Under the pieces are notes generated by a model. That model did not search any database. It was not told where the DNA came from and saw only the letters and a list, made by a program, of their open reading frames with translations. Below are positions 16,534 through 26,596 of a stretch of DNA of 32,000 nt, piece after piece (within the stretch, counting starts at the first letter, position 1; every line of letters begins with the position of its first letter). Made by a program: the position numbers and the translations under genes. The DNA comes from Candidatus Pelagibacter sp. HTCC7211 (GTDB lineage: Bacteria; Pseudomonadota; Alphaproteobacteria; Pelagibacterales; Pelagibacteraceae): the NCBI RefSeq assembly GCF_000155895.1, contig NZ_DS995298.1, positions 1,140,001-1,172,000 on the forward strand, written 5' to 3'.

Positions 16534-17151
16534 TTAATCTTTAGAAATACTTATGAATCTTAGATATCGATTTTGATAACTTAGATCTTCCTTAAATTGT
16601 CCTAAATAATAATTTGTAACTGTTGACGCTTGTTCTTTTTTAATTCCTCTCATGGTCATACATTGATGTGTTGAATCTATTGTCACAGCAACACCTTTAG
16701 CATCTAAAGATTCCATTAAAGTTTTAGCAACTTGCATTGTTAATCTTTCTTGAGTTTGTAATCTTTTTGAAAAAACTTCTACAACTCTCGCAAGTTTACT
16801 TAAACCTACAACTCTCTCTTTTGGGATATACGCCACATGAGCTTTACCAATAATTGGTGCCATATGATGTTCACAATGACTTTGAATAGAAATATTTTTT
16901 TGTATCACCATATCGTCGTATCCATCAACATCCCCAAATGTTTTATCTAAAATCTTATTCGGATCTACTTTATAACCTGCAAAATATTCTTTATACGCTT
17001 TCATTACCCTTTTAGGAGTTTCTAATAGACCCTCTCTTGTGGGATCTTCACCTAACCAAGATAATATAGTTCTGAAAGCATCTTCAGCTTCTTTATCTGA
17101 AACTTGGTTAGCATCTATAATTTTACCATCATTGTCTTTTACTAATTTCAT
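16534..17151 (-). CDS. folE: GTP cyclohydrolase I
   Basis: Signature SHCEHHMAPIIGKAHVAYIP. 205 aa. Confidence 0.95.
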   Translation of the reverse strand: MKLVKDNDGKIIDANQVSDKEAEDAFRTILSWLGEDPTREGLLETPKRVMKAYKEYFAGYKVDPNKILDKTFGDVDGYDDMVIQKNISIQSHCEHHMAPIIGKAHVAYIPKERVVGLSKLARVVEVFSKRLQTQERLTMQVAKTLMESLDAKGVAVTIDSTHQCMTMRGIKKEQASTVTNYYLGQFKEDLSYQNRYLRFISISKD

Positions 17152-17228
17152 AGCGCCTTTTTATACAGTAATTACTTAATTTTAAAAATATTTAATATAT
17201 TCATATATATGCTACATAATCACCCAAT

Positions 17229-17696
17229 ATGTTCAAAAAAAGAGAAAATGTCTTAGAAATAGAAGAGGGAAACCTTCTGTCACCTAAATTTGATAATGAT
17301 GGTCTTATACCGGTAATTACCATGTGTTCTAAAACAAAAGATATATTAATGCATGGATATATGAACGTTGAAGCTTTTAAAAAAACTATTGAAACTAAAG
17401 AAGCTCATTATTTCAGTCGATCTAGGAAAGCTATTTGGTACAAAGGTAAAACCAGCGGATTTACTCAAAAAGTAACTGAACTCAGAATTGATGATGATCA
17501 AGACTCAATATGGATGACTGTTGATATAGGTGATGGTGCAAGTTGTCATGTAGGATATAGATCTTGTTTTTATAGATCAATTCCAATGGGGCCAATTGAT
17601 AATGGTCGAAAAATTGAAATGGAATTTTTAGAAAAAGAAAAAAAATTTGATCCAGAAGAAGTATATAAAGGACAACCAAATCCTACAAAAATTTAA
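17229..17696 (+). CDS. hisI: Phosphoribosyl-AMP cyclohydrolase (stand-alone HisI)
   Basis: Blocks GLIPVI, YFSRSRKAIWYKGKTSG and DDDQDSIW...GASCHVGYRSCF. Confidence 0.9.
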   Translation: MFKKRENVLEIEEGNLLSPKFDNDGLIPVITMCSKTKDILMHGYMNVEAFKKTIETKEAHYFSRSRKAIWYKGKTSGFTQKVTELRIDDDQDSIWMTVDIGDGASCHVGYRSCFYRSIPMGPIDNGRKIEMEFLEKEKKFDPEEVYKGQPNPTKI

Positions 17697-18071
17697 ATGA
17701 GTGAAAAACAAAAAAATGTTCTAGGTGAAGATCTGGAAGAATGCTCCAATGATCCATTAACTGGATGGTATCGAGATGGATGTTGCAACACTGACGAAAA
17801 CGATCATGGTGTGCATACAGTTTGTGCAAAAGTAACAACTGAATTTTTAGAATGGTTAAAAGAAGCAGGTAATGATTTAATAACTCCTCATCCTGAATTT
17901 GGATTCCCAGGTTTAAAAGATGGAGATGGTTGGTGCGTATGTGCTATGTGGTATGCAAGAGCAGTTGAGGCTGGAAAAGGTTGTCCAATATTTTTAAAGA
18001 GAACTCACAAAAATACTCTTAAACATTTGCCAATTGAAAAATTAAAAAAGTTTGCAATAGATCTATCTTAA
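17697..18071 (+). CDS. DUF2237-family protein
   Basis: 124 aa. Blocks PLTGWYRDGCCNT...HTVCA...WCVCA, as I recall them for DUF2237. TAAATG junction with hisI. Confidence 0.65.
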   Translation: MSEKQKNVLGEDLEECSNDPLTGWYRDGCCNTDENDHGVHTVCAKVTTEFLEWLKEAGNDLITPHPEFGFPGLKDGDGWCVCAMWYARAVEAGKGCPIFLKRTHKNTLKHLPIEKLKKFAIDLS

Positions 18072-18072
18072 T

Positions 18073-19692
18073 CTACATATTACCGTATTTAGGACCGCCA
18101 CTTCCCTCTGGTGTTACCCAAGTAATATTTTGTGAAGGCTCTTTAATATCACAAGTTTTACAGTGAATACAATTTTGAGAATTAATTACAAATTTATTTA
18201 CATCATTTTCTTTTTGAACCTCATAAACACCTGCTGGACAATATCTTTGTGCAGGCTCATCAAATTTTTCTAATGTATAACTAATTGGTAAATTTGGATC
18301 CTTAAGTTTTAAATGAACCGGTTGATTATCTTCATGGTTAGTTCCAGTAAGATATACGGAACTGGTTTTATCAAATGTTATGACGTTATCATATTTTGGA
18401 TATTCTATTTTAGGCATTTCATTTGCTGGTTTTAAAGTTTCATGGTCTGCGTGTTTGTGTTTAAGGGTAAATGGTAACTTTCCTTTAAATAAAATTTGGT
18501 CAATACCTGTAAATATAATGCCAAGAATTAAACCCCAACTGAAACTAGGTTTGACATTTCTTGCAGCATGAAGCTCTTTATATACCCAGCTATTTTTAAA
18601 CTTTTCTTCATAATTAGATAAATCTTTATTTTCTTTAATATTTTCAATTATAGTTTCAGCTGCAATTATTCCACTTTTCATTGCAGTATGTGAACCTTTT
18701 ATCTTAGGCATATTTAAGGTTCCAGCATCACACCCTACCAACAATGCACCTGGCATATACATTTTAGGTAAACTTTGAAGCCCACCTTCAATTAATGCTC
18801 TGGCACCATATGAAATTCTTTTTCCTCCAGAAATTATCTTTCTAATGGCTGGATGAGTTTTAAATCTTTGAAATTCATCATATGGTGAAAGGTGAGGATT
18901 TTTATAATCTAATCCAATCACGTAACCTAAAAAAACTTGTTTATTTTCTGCATGATACATAAAACTACCACCATAGGTATTATTATCTAAAGGCCAACCT
19001 GCAGTATGCATTACCGTTCCCTCTTCATGGTTTTTTTCTTCCACTTCCCAAATTTCTTTAAAACCAATTCCGTATTGTTGTGGATCTTTCCCTTCTGAGA
19101 GATTAAATTTCTCAATTAATTGCTTTCCTAAATGACCCCTGCATCCTTCTGCAAACACTGTAACCTTGCCTAATAATTCTATCCCAGGTTCAAAACTATC
19201 TTTTTGATTCCCTTCTTTATCTATTCCCATATCTTGTGTTGCAACACCTTTAACTGAACCATCATCATTGTATAAAATTTCACTTGCTGGAAACCCTGGA
19301 AAAATTTCAACACCTAGTAATTCTGCTTGTTCTGCAAGCCATCTACATAAATTTGCTAAACTAATAATATAGTTATTATGGTTTTGCTGAACTGCAGGAA
19401 GTAACCACGTAGGCCAACTCAATGACTTGGTTTTTCCTAAAAATAAAAATTTTTCTTTTGAAACTTTTGTTTTAATCGGTGAGTTAAGTTCTTTCCAATT
19501 TGGCAATAGTTCATCTAATGCTTTTGTTTCAAAAACATTTCCACTGAGAATATGAGCTCCAATTTCAGAAGCTTTCTCAAGTAAGCAAACATTTAAATCT
19601 GAGTCTAGTTGTTTTAATTTAATTGCTGTAGCTAAACCTGAAGGACCACCTCCAATAATAACCACATCATACTCCATCGACTCTCTACCCAT
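18073..19692 (-). CDS. Electron-transfer flavoprotein:ubiquinone oxidoreductase (ETF-QO)
   Basis: N-terminal FAD fold DVVIIGGGPSGL. C-terminal 4Fe-4S block CPAGVYE...NCIHCKTCDIK. 539 aa. Confidence 0.95.
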   Translation of the reverse strand: MGRESMEYDVVIIGGGPSGLATAIKLKQLDSDLNVCLLEKASEIGAHILSGNVFETKALDELLPNWKELNSPIKTKVSKEKFLFLGKTKSLSWPTWLLPAVQQNHNNYIISLANLCRWLAEQAELLGVEIFPGFPASEILYNDDGSVKGVATQDMGIDKEGNQKDSFEPGIELLGKVTVFAEGCRGHLGKQLIEKFNLSEGKDPQQYGIGFKEIWEVEEKNHEEGTVMHTAGWPLDNNTYGGSFMYHAENKQVFLGYVIGLDYKNPHLSPYDEFQRFKTHPAIRKIISGGKRISYGARALIEGGLQSLPKMYMPGALLVGCDAGTLNMPKIKGSHTAMKSGIIAAETIIENIKENKDLSNYEEKFKNSWVYKELHAARNVKPSFSWGLILGIIFTGIDQILFKGKLPFTLKHKHADHETLKPANEMPKIEYPKYDNVITFDKTSSVYLTGTNHEDNQPVHLKLKDPNLPISYTLEKFDEPAQRYCPAGVYEVQKENDVNKFVINSQNCIHCKTCDIKEPSQNITWVTPEGSGGPKYGNM

Positions 19693-19714
19693 GTGATATT
19701 TTTATCTTTAAGAA

Positions 19715-20668
19715 TTATTTTTGTATAGTGTTTAATTTGTTCAGTTCTTCTAAAAACTGTGGAAGAGCCTCGAATAAATCTGCTTCTAAACCATAATCTG
19801 CGACACTAAAAATTGGTGCTTCACCATCTTTATTAATAGCAACAATCACTTTACTTTCTTTCATTCCAGCTAAATGCTGAATTGCCCCTGATATTCCAAC
19901 TGCAATGTAAAGATCTGGAACTACAACTTTTCCAGTTTGACCTACTTGATGATCATTGCTTATATATCCAGCATCTACAGCTGCCCTAGATGCACCAATT
20001 GCAGCATTTAATTTGTCTGCTATTGCTGTAATCAATTTAAAATTATCTCCATTTTGCATTCCCCGACCGCCAGAGACAACTATTCTAGCTGTACCAAGTT
20101 CTGGTCTATCTGATTTGATTTCTTCCCTATTTACAAATTTTGTTAAAGAAAACTCTGCATCTGCATCAATATTTTCTACTGGTGCAGAACCACCTGAACT
20201 TGCGCAAGCCTCAAAAGAAGTTGGTCTAATAGTTACACATTTCTTAGGATCTGTGCTTTTAACTGTTGCAAAAGCATTTCCAGCATAAATTGGTCTTACA
20301 AAAGTATCTGCCGACTCAACTTTGGTAATATCACTTATTTGTGAAGTATCTAATTTAGCAGCAACACGTGGCATTAAATTTTTTCCAAATGTATTGGCTG
20401 AACAAACAATGTGTGAGTAGCTTTCTGCAAGTTTTATTATTACAGGTGCAAAATTTTCAGCTATAAAATTTTCGTAATGGGGAGCATCAACTGTAATTAC
20501 TTTTTTTACAAGAGGTAATTCAGAAGCTGCTTTTGCAGCATCTCCACAACTATTACCAATAACTAAAGCGTGAACATCGCTATCAATCTGGGAAGCGGCA
20601 GTTACAGCATTTAAAGTAAAAGCTTTTAATTCTTTATTATTATGTTCTGCTATTAATAATACTGACAT
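19715..20668 (-). CDS. etfA: Electron transfer flavoprotein alpha subunit
   Basis: 317 aa. C-terminal FAD-binding block PDLYIAVGISGAIQHLAGM. TAATG overlap with etfB. Confidence 0.95.
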   Translation of the reverse strand: MSVLLIAEHNNKELKAFTLNAVTAASQIDSDVHALVIGNSCGDAAKAASELPLVKKVITVDAPHYENFIAENFAPVIIKLAESYSHIVCSANTFGKNLMPRVAAKLDTSQISDITKVESADTFVRPIYAGNAFATVKSTDPKKCVTIRPTSFEACASSGGSAPVENIDADAEFSLTKFVNREEIKSDRPELGTARIVVSGGRGMQNGDNFKLITAIADKLNAAIGASRAAVDAGYISNDHQVGQTGKVVVPDLYIAVGISGAIQHLAGMKESKVIVAINKDGEAPIFSVADYGLEADLFEALPQFLEELNKLNTIQK

Positions 20669-21417
20669 TATATTACTTTTGCCTCATTTTTTAATTTTTG
20701 AACTAATTCTGCAACACTTGCTACTTTAATACCTGCTTTACGTTGAGGAGGTTCTTCTACTTTTATTTGTTGAACTCTTGGATTAATATCTATACCTAAA
20801 TCAGAAGCAATTAATTGCTCTATAGGTTTTTTCTTTGCTTTCATAATATTGGGTAAAGAAGCATATCTAGGTTCATTTAATCTTAAATCGCAAGTTACTA
20901 TTGCAGGAGTATTTATTTCAATAGTTTCTAAACCTTCATCAATTTCTCTTGTAACTTTTAATTTTCCTTCTTCTACATTTATTTTTGATGCAAATGTAGC
21001 TTGTGGCCAATCTAATAAAGCACTTAACATTTGACCAGTTTGGTTACAATCATCATCTATTGCTTGTTTGCCCATAAATACTAAGTCAGGTTTTTCTTTT
21101 TCTACAATTTTTTGTAAAATTTTTGAAACTGCTAAAGGTTCTATGTTATTATCAGCTTTGATATGTATGCCTCTGTCTGCACCAACAGCTAAAGCTTTTC
21201 TGACAGTCTCTTGAGCTTTTTCTTCTCCGACTGTAACAGCTATTACCTCAGTAGCTTTACCAGACTCTTTAATTTTAACAGCCTCTTCAATTGCATTATC
21301 ATCTGGTGGATTAGTAGACATTTTAACATTTTCAGTGACGATACCACTACCATCTTCTTTCACTCTAATTTGAACGTTGTAATCAATTACTCTTTTAACA
21401 GCGACTAGTATTTTCAT
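20668..21417 (-). CDS. etfB: Electron transfer flavoprotein beta subunit
   Basis: 249 aa. N-terminal [13 protein letters not shown] is typical of EtfB. TAATG overlap with the upstream dehydrogenase. Confidence 0.95.
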   Translation of the reverse strand: MKILVAVKRVIDYNVQIRVKEDGSGIVTENVKMSTNPPDDNAIEEAVKIKESGKATEVIAVTVGEEKAQETVRKALAVGADRGIHIKADNNIEPLAVSKILQKIVEKEKPDLVFMGKQAIDDDCNQTGQMLSALLDWPQATFASKINVEEGKLKVTREIDEGLETIEINTPAIVTCDLRLNEPRYASLPNIMKAKKKPIEQLIASDLGIDINPRVQQIKVEEPPQRKAGIKVASVAELVQKLKNEAKVI

Positions 21418-23849
21418 TAAGCTCTCAATAATTTATTTTCAGAATCATAAGGACTCTCGTCTAATACTGTAGCGTCGTACATTTCACCTAAAATATCAAC
21501 TTGTAATTTGTCGCCCACATTAGAACAATCTGGCTTAACCATAGCTAAAGCTATTGACTTATCTAATCTAAAACCAAATTCTCCACCAGTTGCTCTTCCA
21601 ACTACTTTGTTGTCTTTATATATAGGGTTATTTCCTAAAACATCAGCGTCTTTTGTGTTATGGACCTCTAAAGTTACCAGTTTATTATCAAATCCTTTTT
21701 CTCTCCACTTGTTAAGAGCTTCTAAACCTATGAAATTTCCTTTATTAGGGTGAACAAACCTATCTAAACCGGACTCATAAGGTGAATACTCAATAGATAA
21801 TTCTGTACCAACTAGTTTGTATGATTTTTCTAATCTTAGACTATTCATTGCTCTTATGCCGAAAGGTTTAATACCTAAATCATTTCCTTCTGCCATTAGT
21901 TTATCAAATATATGATTTTGATATTCAATTGGATGATGCAACTCCCAGCCTAACTCTCCAACAAAATTTACTCTCATTGCATTTACTGGTGCATAGCCTA
22001 CATCAACTTTTTTTGCAGTTAACCATTTAAAATTTTCATTTGAAAAATCGTCTGTTGAAACTTTTTGCATCAATTCTCTTGCTTTTGGTCCAGCTACCAC
22101 TAGTACACCCGTACTGTTTGTTAAATCTTCAAATATAACTGATCCATCTGTTGGCATCCATTTTTGTATCCAATCATGATCTAGTCTTAAATTGGATCCT
22201 GCAGATACCAAGTAATAACTATTCTCTGCTTCCTTCATAATTGTGAATTCAGAGTGAACACCACCTTTTGTATTAAGAGCATGACATAAATTAATTCTAC
22301 CTATTTTTTTTGGCAGTTTATTTGCAACCAAATAATCTAAAAACTCTTCTGATTTAGGTCCTTTTATTCTACATTTTGCAAATGCGGTCATATCTAATAA
22401 CCCAACATTTTTCTTTACATTCTCACACTCTTTTTTAATTGCATCGAACCATTTAGATCGTCTAAAAGACCAATCATCTTTTTGTTCCATCCCATCAGTT
22501 GCAAAAAAATTGGGCCTCTCCCAACCAAATTTTTGTCCAAATACTGCTCCAAGATTTTTCATCCTCTCATAACATGGCGCTGTTCTCAATGGCCTTGCTG
22601 CTGGTCTCTCTTCGTCAGGATAGTGAGTAATAAATACATGGCTATAAGCCTCCTCATTTTTTGCTTTTAGATAAGATTTTGTAGCATAATTTCCGTAACG
22701 TCTTGGCTCAACTCCTAACATATCAATAGTTGGTTCACCATCTACAATCCACTCAGCTAATTGCCAACCAGCACCTCCTGCTGCTGTTATTCCAAAACTA
22801 TGACCCTCATTAATCCAAAAATTTTTTAATCCCCAAGCTGGTCCAACTATTGGGTTACCATCTGGTGTATAACAGATTGCACCGTTATAAACTTTTTTTA
22901 CTCCTACTTCACCAAATGCAGGAACTCGGTGAATTGCGCCTTCAATATGTGGGGCTAACCTATCTAAATCTTCTTGGAATAATTCGTATTCAGAATTTTT
23001 TGAAGGTCCTTCAACATAACATGCAGGTGCACCATCTTCATATGGACCTAAAATTAATCCACCTGCCTCTTCTCTCATATACCATCTGCTATCACTATCT
23101 CTCAAAACTCCCATCTCAGGTAAACCATCTTTTTTTCTTTTTTGAATTTCAGGATGTGGTTCTGTAACAATGTATTGATGTTCAACAGGTATTACCGGAA
23201 TATCTAAACCAACCATTTCACCAGTTTGTCTTGCAAAATTTCCTGAACAAGAAATAACATGTTCACACTCTATTGATCCTTTATCAGTTTCAACTACCCA
23301 ACCATCTTTAGTTTGTTTCATAGAAAGTACAGTTGTATTTCTATAAATCTCAGCACCCATGTTTCTTGCACCTGTAGCCATTGCTTGTGTTAAGTCAGCT
23401 GGTTGAATATATCCATCCTCTGGGTGTTGGATTGCACCAACTAAATCATCTGTATGACATAGAGGCCAAATTTCTTTAACTTGTTGAGGTGTTAAAAATT
23501 TTACATCAACGCCTATTGTTTGTGCAACACCAGCGTATTGATGGTATTCATCCATTCTATCTTTGGTACTTGCTAATCGAATATTAGATACAACGCTAAA
23601 GCCTACATTTTGACCCGTTTCCTCTTCTAATTTTTTATAAAGATCAACAGCGTATTTATGAAGTTGTCCAACAGAATAACTCATATTAAACAACGGTAGC
23701 AATCCTGCTGCGTGCCATGTCGAACCTGAAGTTAACTCTTTACGTTCTACAAGGACTACATCTGACCATCCTTTTTTTGCTAAATGGTAAAGCGCACTGA
23801 CACCTACTACTCCACCCCCGACTACTACAACTTTAGTTTTTGTCTTCAT
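21417..23849 (-). CDS. Dimethylglycine/sarcosine dehydrogenase family enzyme (FAD oxidoreductase fused to a GcvT-like folate-binding domain)
   Basis: 810 aa. N-terminal [12 protein letters not shown] dinucleotide fold of DAO type. The C-terminal half is aminomethyltransferase-like ([14 protein letters not shown]). I cannot separate DMGDH from SARDH by eye. Confidence 0.85.
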   Translation of the reverse strand: MKTKTKVVVVGGGVVGVSALYHLAKKGWSDVVLVERKELTSGSTWHAAGLLPLFNMSYSVGQLHKYAVDLYKKLEEETGQNVGFSVVSNIRLASTKDRMDEYHQYAGVAQTIGVDVKFLTPQQVKEIWPLCHTDDLVGAIQHPEDGYIQPADLTQAMATGARNMGAEIYRNTTVLSMKQTKDGWVVETDKGSIECEHVISCSGNFARQTGEMVGLDIPVIPVEHQYIVTEPHPEIQKRKKDGLPEMGVLRDSDSRWYMREEAGGLILGPYEDGAPACYVEGPSKNSEYELFQEDLDRLAPHIEGAIHRVPAFGEVGVKKVYNGAICYTPDGNPIVGPAWGLKNFWINEGHSFGITAAGGAGWQLAEWIVDGEPTIDMLGVEPRRYGNYATKSYLKAKNEEAYSHVFITHYPDEERPAARPLRTAPCYERMKNLGAVFGQKFGWERPNFFATDGMEQKDDWSFRRSKWFDAIKKECENVKKNVGLLDMTAFAKCRIKGPKSEEFLDYLVANKLPKKIGRINLCHALNTKGGVHSEFTIMKEAENSYYLVSAGSNLRLDHDWIQKWMPTDGSVIFEDLTNSTGVLVVAGPKARELMQKVSTDDFSNENFKWLTAKKVDVGYAPVNAMRVNFVGELGWELHHPIEYQNHIFDKLMAEGNDLGIKPFGIRAMNSLRLEKSYKLVGTELSIEYSPYESGLDRFVHPNKGNFIGLEALNKWREKGFDNKLVTLEVHNTKDADVLGNNPIYKDNKVVGRATGGEFGFRLDKSIALAMVKPDCSNVGDKLQVDILGEMYDATVLDESPYDSENKLLRA

Positions 23850-23905
23850 CAGCGATTACTACTAAATTTTTTGAAATAACGAAACAAAATTATATATGTG
23901 GATAA

Positions 23906-24382
23906 TTAAATTGAACTGCCAAGCGGGATAGGATTTGACACCATTGTAGTCAACCAACAGTTCATAAGCTCACCATCTTCTGTATATTTTTCTACTTGCC
24001 AATTAAACTTATGGTAAATCTTATTCTTATCTAAAATAATTACTTCAAATTGAGCCCAATTATCACTACTTCCAAGCTTAGTTATTGTGTGACTTAAATG
24101 ATCAATCATCATTTGGTAAGAGTCCCCCTTAAGCATTCTTTTAAAATTAGGTAAAGGTCCTGTCACTTTCTTATTATTTGGGTGAGCGAAATTCCAAGTT
24201 TGCTCAATACCACTATCCTTAAAATTTGAGTCATTTTTTTGAAGCCCTGACAATTGAATCTTAACAACTTCATCAGGTTTGATTTGATTGTTGGGCTTTA
24301 ATAGCTCTGCTTTAGAAATTGATATTGAGATTAATACTAATATTAAAACTTTAAATATTATTTGCAGTGTTTTTAACATCAT
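23906..24382 (-). CDS. Secreted DUF4864-like (NTF2-like) protein
   Basis: Signal peptide ending SISKA/E. The mature part loosely resembles DUF4864 as I recall it. It overlaps the upstream gene by 32 nt, and the true start may be Met2. Confidence 0.4.
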   Translation of the reverse strand: MMLKTLQIIFKVLILVLISISISKAELLKPNNQIKPDEVVKIQLSGLQKNDSNFKDSGIEQTWNFAHPNNKKVTGPLPNFKRMLKGDSYQMMIDHLSHTITKLGSSDNWAQFEVIILDKNKIYHKFNWQVEKYTEDGELMNCWLTTMVSNPIPLGSSI

Positions 24383-24920
24383 CTAGAAACTTTTGTCTTT
24401 TTGCATCACTTACAAATGGTACCGCAAAATATCTTCTATAGACAATGTTATATATGCCACACATATGAAATACTCCTCTTTTTAACCTTCTAATGGGTAG
24501 GTTTAAAAAAAAAGTTGTAATTGCTAAACGTGGAGATCCATAAGTACAAAAAATAATAGCTCTTTTTTTTCTTAAGTTTCCAATTGGGTATCCATAATTT
24601 CCCCATAACTGCTTGAATGTAAAAGCCCAAGGTGGGGCTAAGACTTTATCGATCCAACCTTCAACAATTGCTGGCATTCTAAAATTCCAAATTGGTGCTA
24701 TTAAAACAATCGTATCACATTCCTCAATTCTTTTGCGGTGATTTAAAACTTCTTCACCCGCTTCTTCGCCAGCGAATACAGGATCAAATTTTTCTTTATA
24801 CAAATCTACAGCATCAACTTTGTTGCCATTATTTTCAGCTGTTTTGATAAAAGTATCTCTTATTGCAGCATTAAAAGATTTGTCATTATAATGACCATAA
24901 ACTAAAAAAATCTTTTTCAT
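24351..24920 (-). CDS. Flavodoxin-like fold NAD(P)H dehydrogenase (quinone) family protein
   Basis: 189 aa. The N-terminal KIFLVYGHYNDKSFNAA and the IAPIWNF...P block are typical of Flavodoxin_2 / NQO-like reductases. Confidence 0.65.
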   Translation of the reverse strand: MKKIFLVYGHYNDKSFNAAIRDTFIKTAENNGNKVDAVDLYKEKFDPVFAGEEAGEEVLNHRKRIEECDTIVLIAPIWNFRMPAIVEGWIDKVLAPPWAFTFKQLWGNYGYPIGNLRKKRAIIFCTYGSPRLAITTFFLNLPIRRLKRGVFHMCGIYNIVYRRYFAVPFVSDAKRQKFLDDVKNTANNI

Positions 24921-24957
24921 ATATTTTCACCAACTTTTTAATTTTAAATTTTTTGAA

Positions 24958-26568
24958 TTATTCTGAGGTTTTGTACTTGCTATTATTAATTATAAATACA
25001 AATAAAATTGGTAAAATCAAAGTTAATACTGTCACAACAATTAACAAGATACCTAATTCAGAATAATCTGCTGTGGTTTGAATCTTTCCACTAAATTTGT
25101 CTTTAACTTCTCTTGTAACTACAAATATGTGATTTAAATATTTAGTTAACAAAGCGCTCGCAGAAAGTGCAAGATTTGTGAATGAAGCAAAAACTGCAAA
25201 AAAAGTTGCTTTAAGATGAGATGGAGCATTTTTTGCTATCCAAGCTAACAATGGTATCATGGATACCTGTCCTAAAGGCGACTCTAACGCGGTGTTTATG
25301 ATTGCAATAAATTTTGCATCTACAACACCATTCGTTAAAGATGATGTCCAATTATGAAAACCATAATACATTCCAATACTTGGTAAAAATAAAATAGATC
25401 CTGCAATACTTAAAATAACTATTATTTTAGCAATTGAATTGTTAGCCATAAATGGTCTAAGCAAAACAATACCAGCAAGAGTTAAGATGGATGCTAACAG
25501 AGATAAAACTGAAAAGAATTGTTCATTAAATTTAAGTACATCTATTTCAAACCAAGAAAGTCCTGGGCCAGGACCTGGCATCGCTCTAAATATAAATATA
25601 ATTACAGCAGTTCCAACAATTGTTAACCTCAAGTTTTCAGGTAATTCTTTAATAAGTTTGAACATTAAAAATAAGATTATTATTACAGAACCAATAAAAA
25701 CGATTTCTTGTGCAAATGGAACTTTGAAAGACCCAATTGATAATGTAAAAACAACAAATATTAAACTACCACCTAATATCCACCAATTTATTTTTGTTTT
25801 TTCTGAGCCTCTTTCATCTTTAAAATCTAAACCTTTTAATCTTAAAATTTTAATTTTTTTATTTTTTAAATATTTTGCTAATCCAACACCTAGAATAGAA
25901 ACAAGTGGAATAACTAAAGCATAAATATAAATAGAGCCATATAGTTGAATTTTATTCGCTTGATCTAAATTTTCTACATCTCTGAATAAAATTACATTCA
26001 CTAAAGCAACTAGAACTGTACCACCAATTATTGCAAAACGACCTAATGTCTGCATTGTTGTATGCATTGTTTTGATTTGATCTTTACTGTAGTCATTTCC
26101 TTGATCGTCATTCAAGGGAACTGCTTCAACTGTCATTGCATCAGCAACAACATCTTGAACTACATATCCAACTGGAGCTAAAAGCACACTAAGTACAAAC
26201 CAAGTCTCTACAGAAAATATTTGAACCATGTCTTCTGTATGTATGATTAGACCATACATAATTAATAAACTTATGGCTATTAAGGATGCACCCACATAAA
26301 CCATGTAATTTTTTCTGTCCCAGATAAGATCAACTAAATGACCTAAGGGCATTTTTAAAGCCCATGGAATTCCAGCCCAAAATCCTAAGCCTGCTAAAAA
26401 TGCAGCTGATAAATTTAAATAATCTTTAACAAAAAAAGTTCCTACAATACCGGTAAGTCCGGAAATTCCTGCTGCTAAATAAACCATTAATGGTGGAAGA
26501 TAAGTCCATTTAAACTGACGACCTAAATCTAAAAAAGTATCGTCTAAAAATTTAAATATTTTTTTCAT
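24958..26568 (-). CDS. Polytopic membrane transporter, MFS/BT1 (folate-biopterin transporter)-like
   Basis: 536 aa with 12 or more TM segments. The N-terminal block WALKMPLGHLVDLIWDRKNY resembles the BT1 loop motif. This is a family call from memory only. Confidence 0.45.
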   Translation of the reverse strand: MKKIFKFLDDTFLDLGRQFKWTYLPPLMVYLAAGISGLTGIVGTFFVKDYLNLSAAFLAGLGFWAGIPWALKMPLGHLVDLIWDRKNYMVYVGASLIAISLLIMYGLIIHTEDMVQIFSVETWFVLSVLLAPVGYVVQDVVADAMTVEAVPLNDDQGNDYSKDQIKTMHTTMQTLGRFAIIGGTVLVALVNVILFRDVENLDQANKIQLYGSIYIYALVIPLVSILGVGLAKYLKNKKIKILRLKGLDFKDERGSEKTKINWWILGGSLIFVVFTLSIGSFKVPFAQEIVFIGSVIIILFLMFKLIKELPENLRLTIVGTAVIIFIFRAMPGPGPGLSWFEIDVLKFNEQFFSVLSLLASILTLAGIVLLRPFMANNSIAKIIVILSIAGSILFLPSIGMYYGFHNWTSSLTNGVVDAKFIAIINTALESPLGQVSMIPLLAWIAKNAPSHLKATFFAVFASFTNLALSASALLTKYLNHIFVVTREVKDKFSGKIQTTADYSELGILLIVVTVLTLILPILFVFIINNSKYKTSE

Positions 26569-26596
26569 GATGTTATTGATCTTATTTTACAATAAC

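Noticed and set aside
17167-17176. A 10-bp perfect palindrome AGTAATTACT in the folE/hisI divergent spacer, as a possible LysR or other operator.
   Set aside because: Short all-but-two-AT palindromes are expected by chance at this composition. It has no T-N11-A LysR-type architecture, and nothing supports it beyond location.
19956-23167. Other antisense or alternate-frame ORFs from the track: 19956-20288, 20849-21034, 21211-21408, 21508-21753, 22482-22670 and 22850-23167. Similar ones lie elsewhere: 2117-2299, 2754-3014, 8105-8314, 13102-13284, 15758-15982, 17482-17679, 18380-18571, 30062-30271 and 30147-30338.
   Set aside because: All are nested within strongly supported conserved genes, lack motifs and have low-complexity translations. 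I treated them as non-coding shadows.
25439-25924. A 161-aa ORF on the + strand, antisense to the BT1-like transporter. It is strikingly long for AT-rich DNA and mirrors the PGPGPG stretch of the sense protein.
   Set aside because: It lies wholly inside a well-supported 12-TM gene. Its translation is low-complexity with no motif. The near-palindromic ccaggacctgg segment explains the mirrored PGPG. This is a typical shadow ORF of a hydrophobic-protein gene.
26572-26596. A 7-bp inverted repeat GTTATTG-N11-CAATAAC filling the 28-nt spacer before the transporter gene, with its promoter-distal arm 3 nt from the ATG.
   Set aside because: It is short, AT-rich and weak, and it is compatible with chance. 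It could modestly mask the start region, but there is no way to support this from sequence alone.
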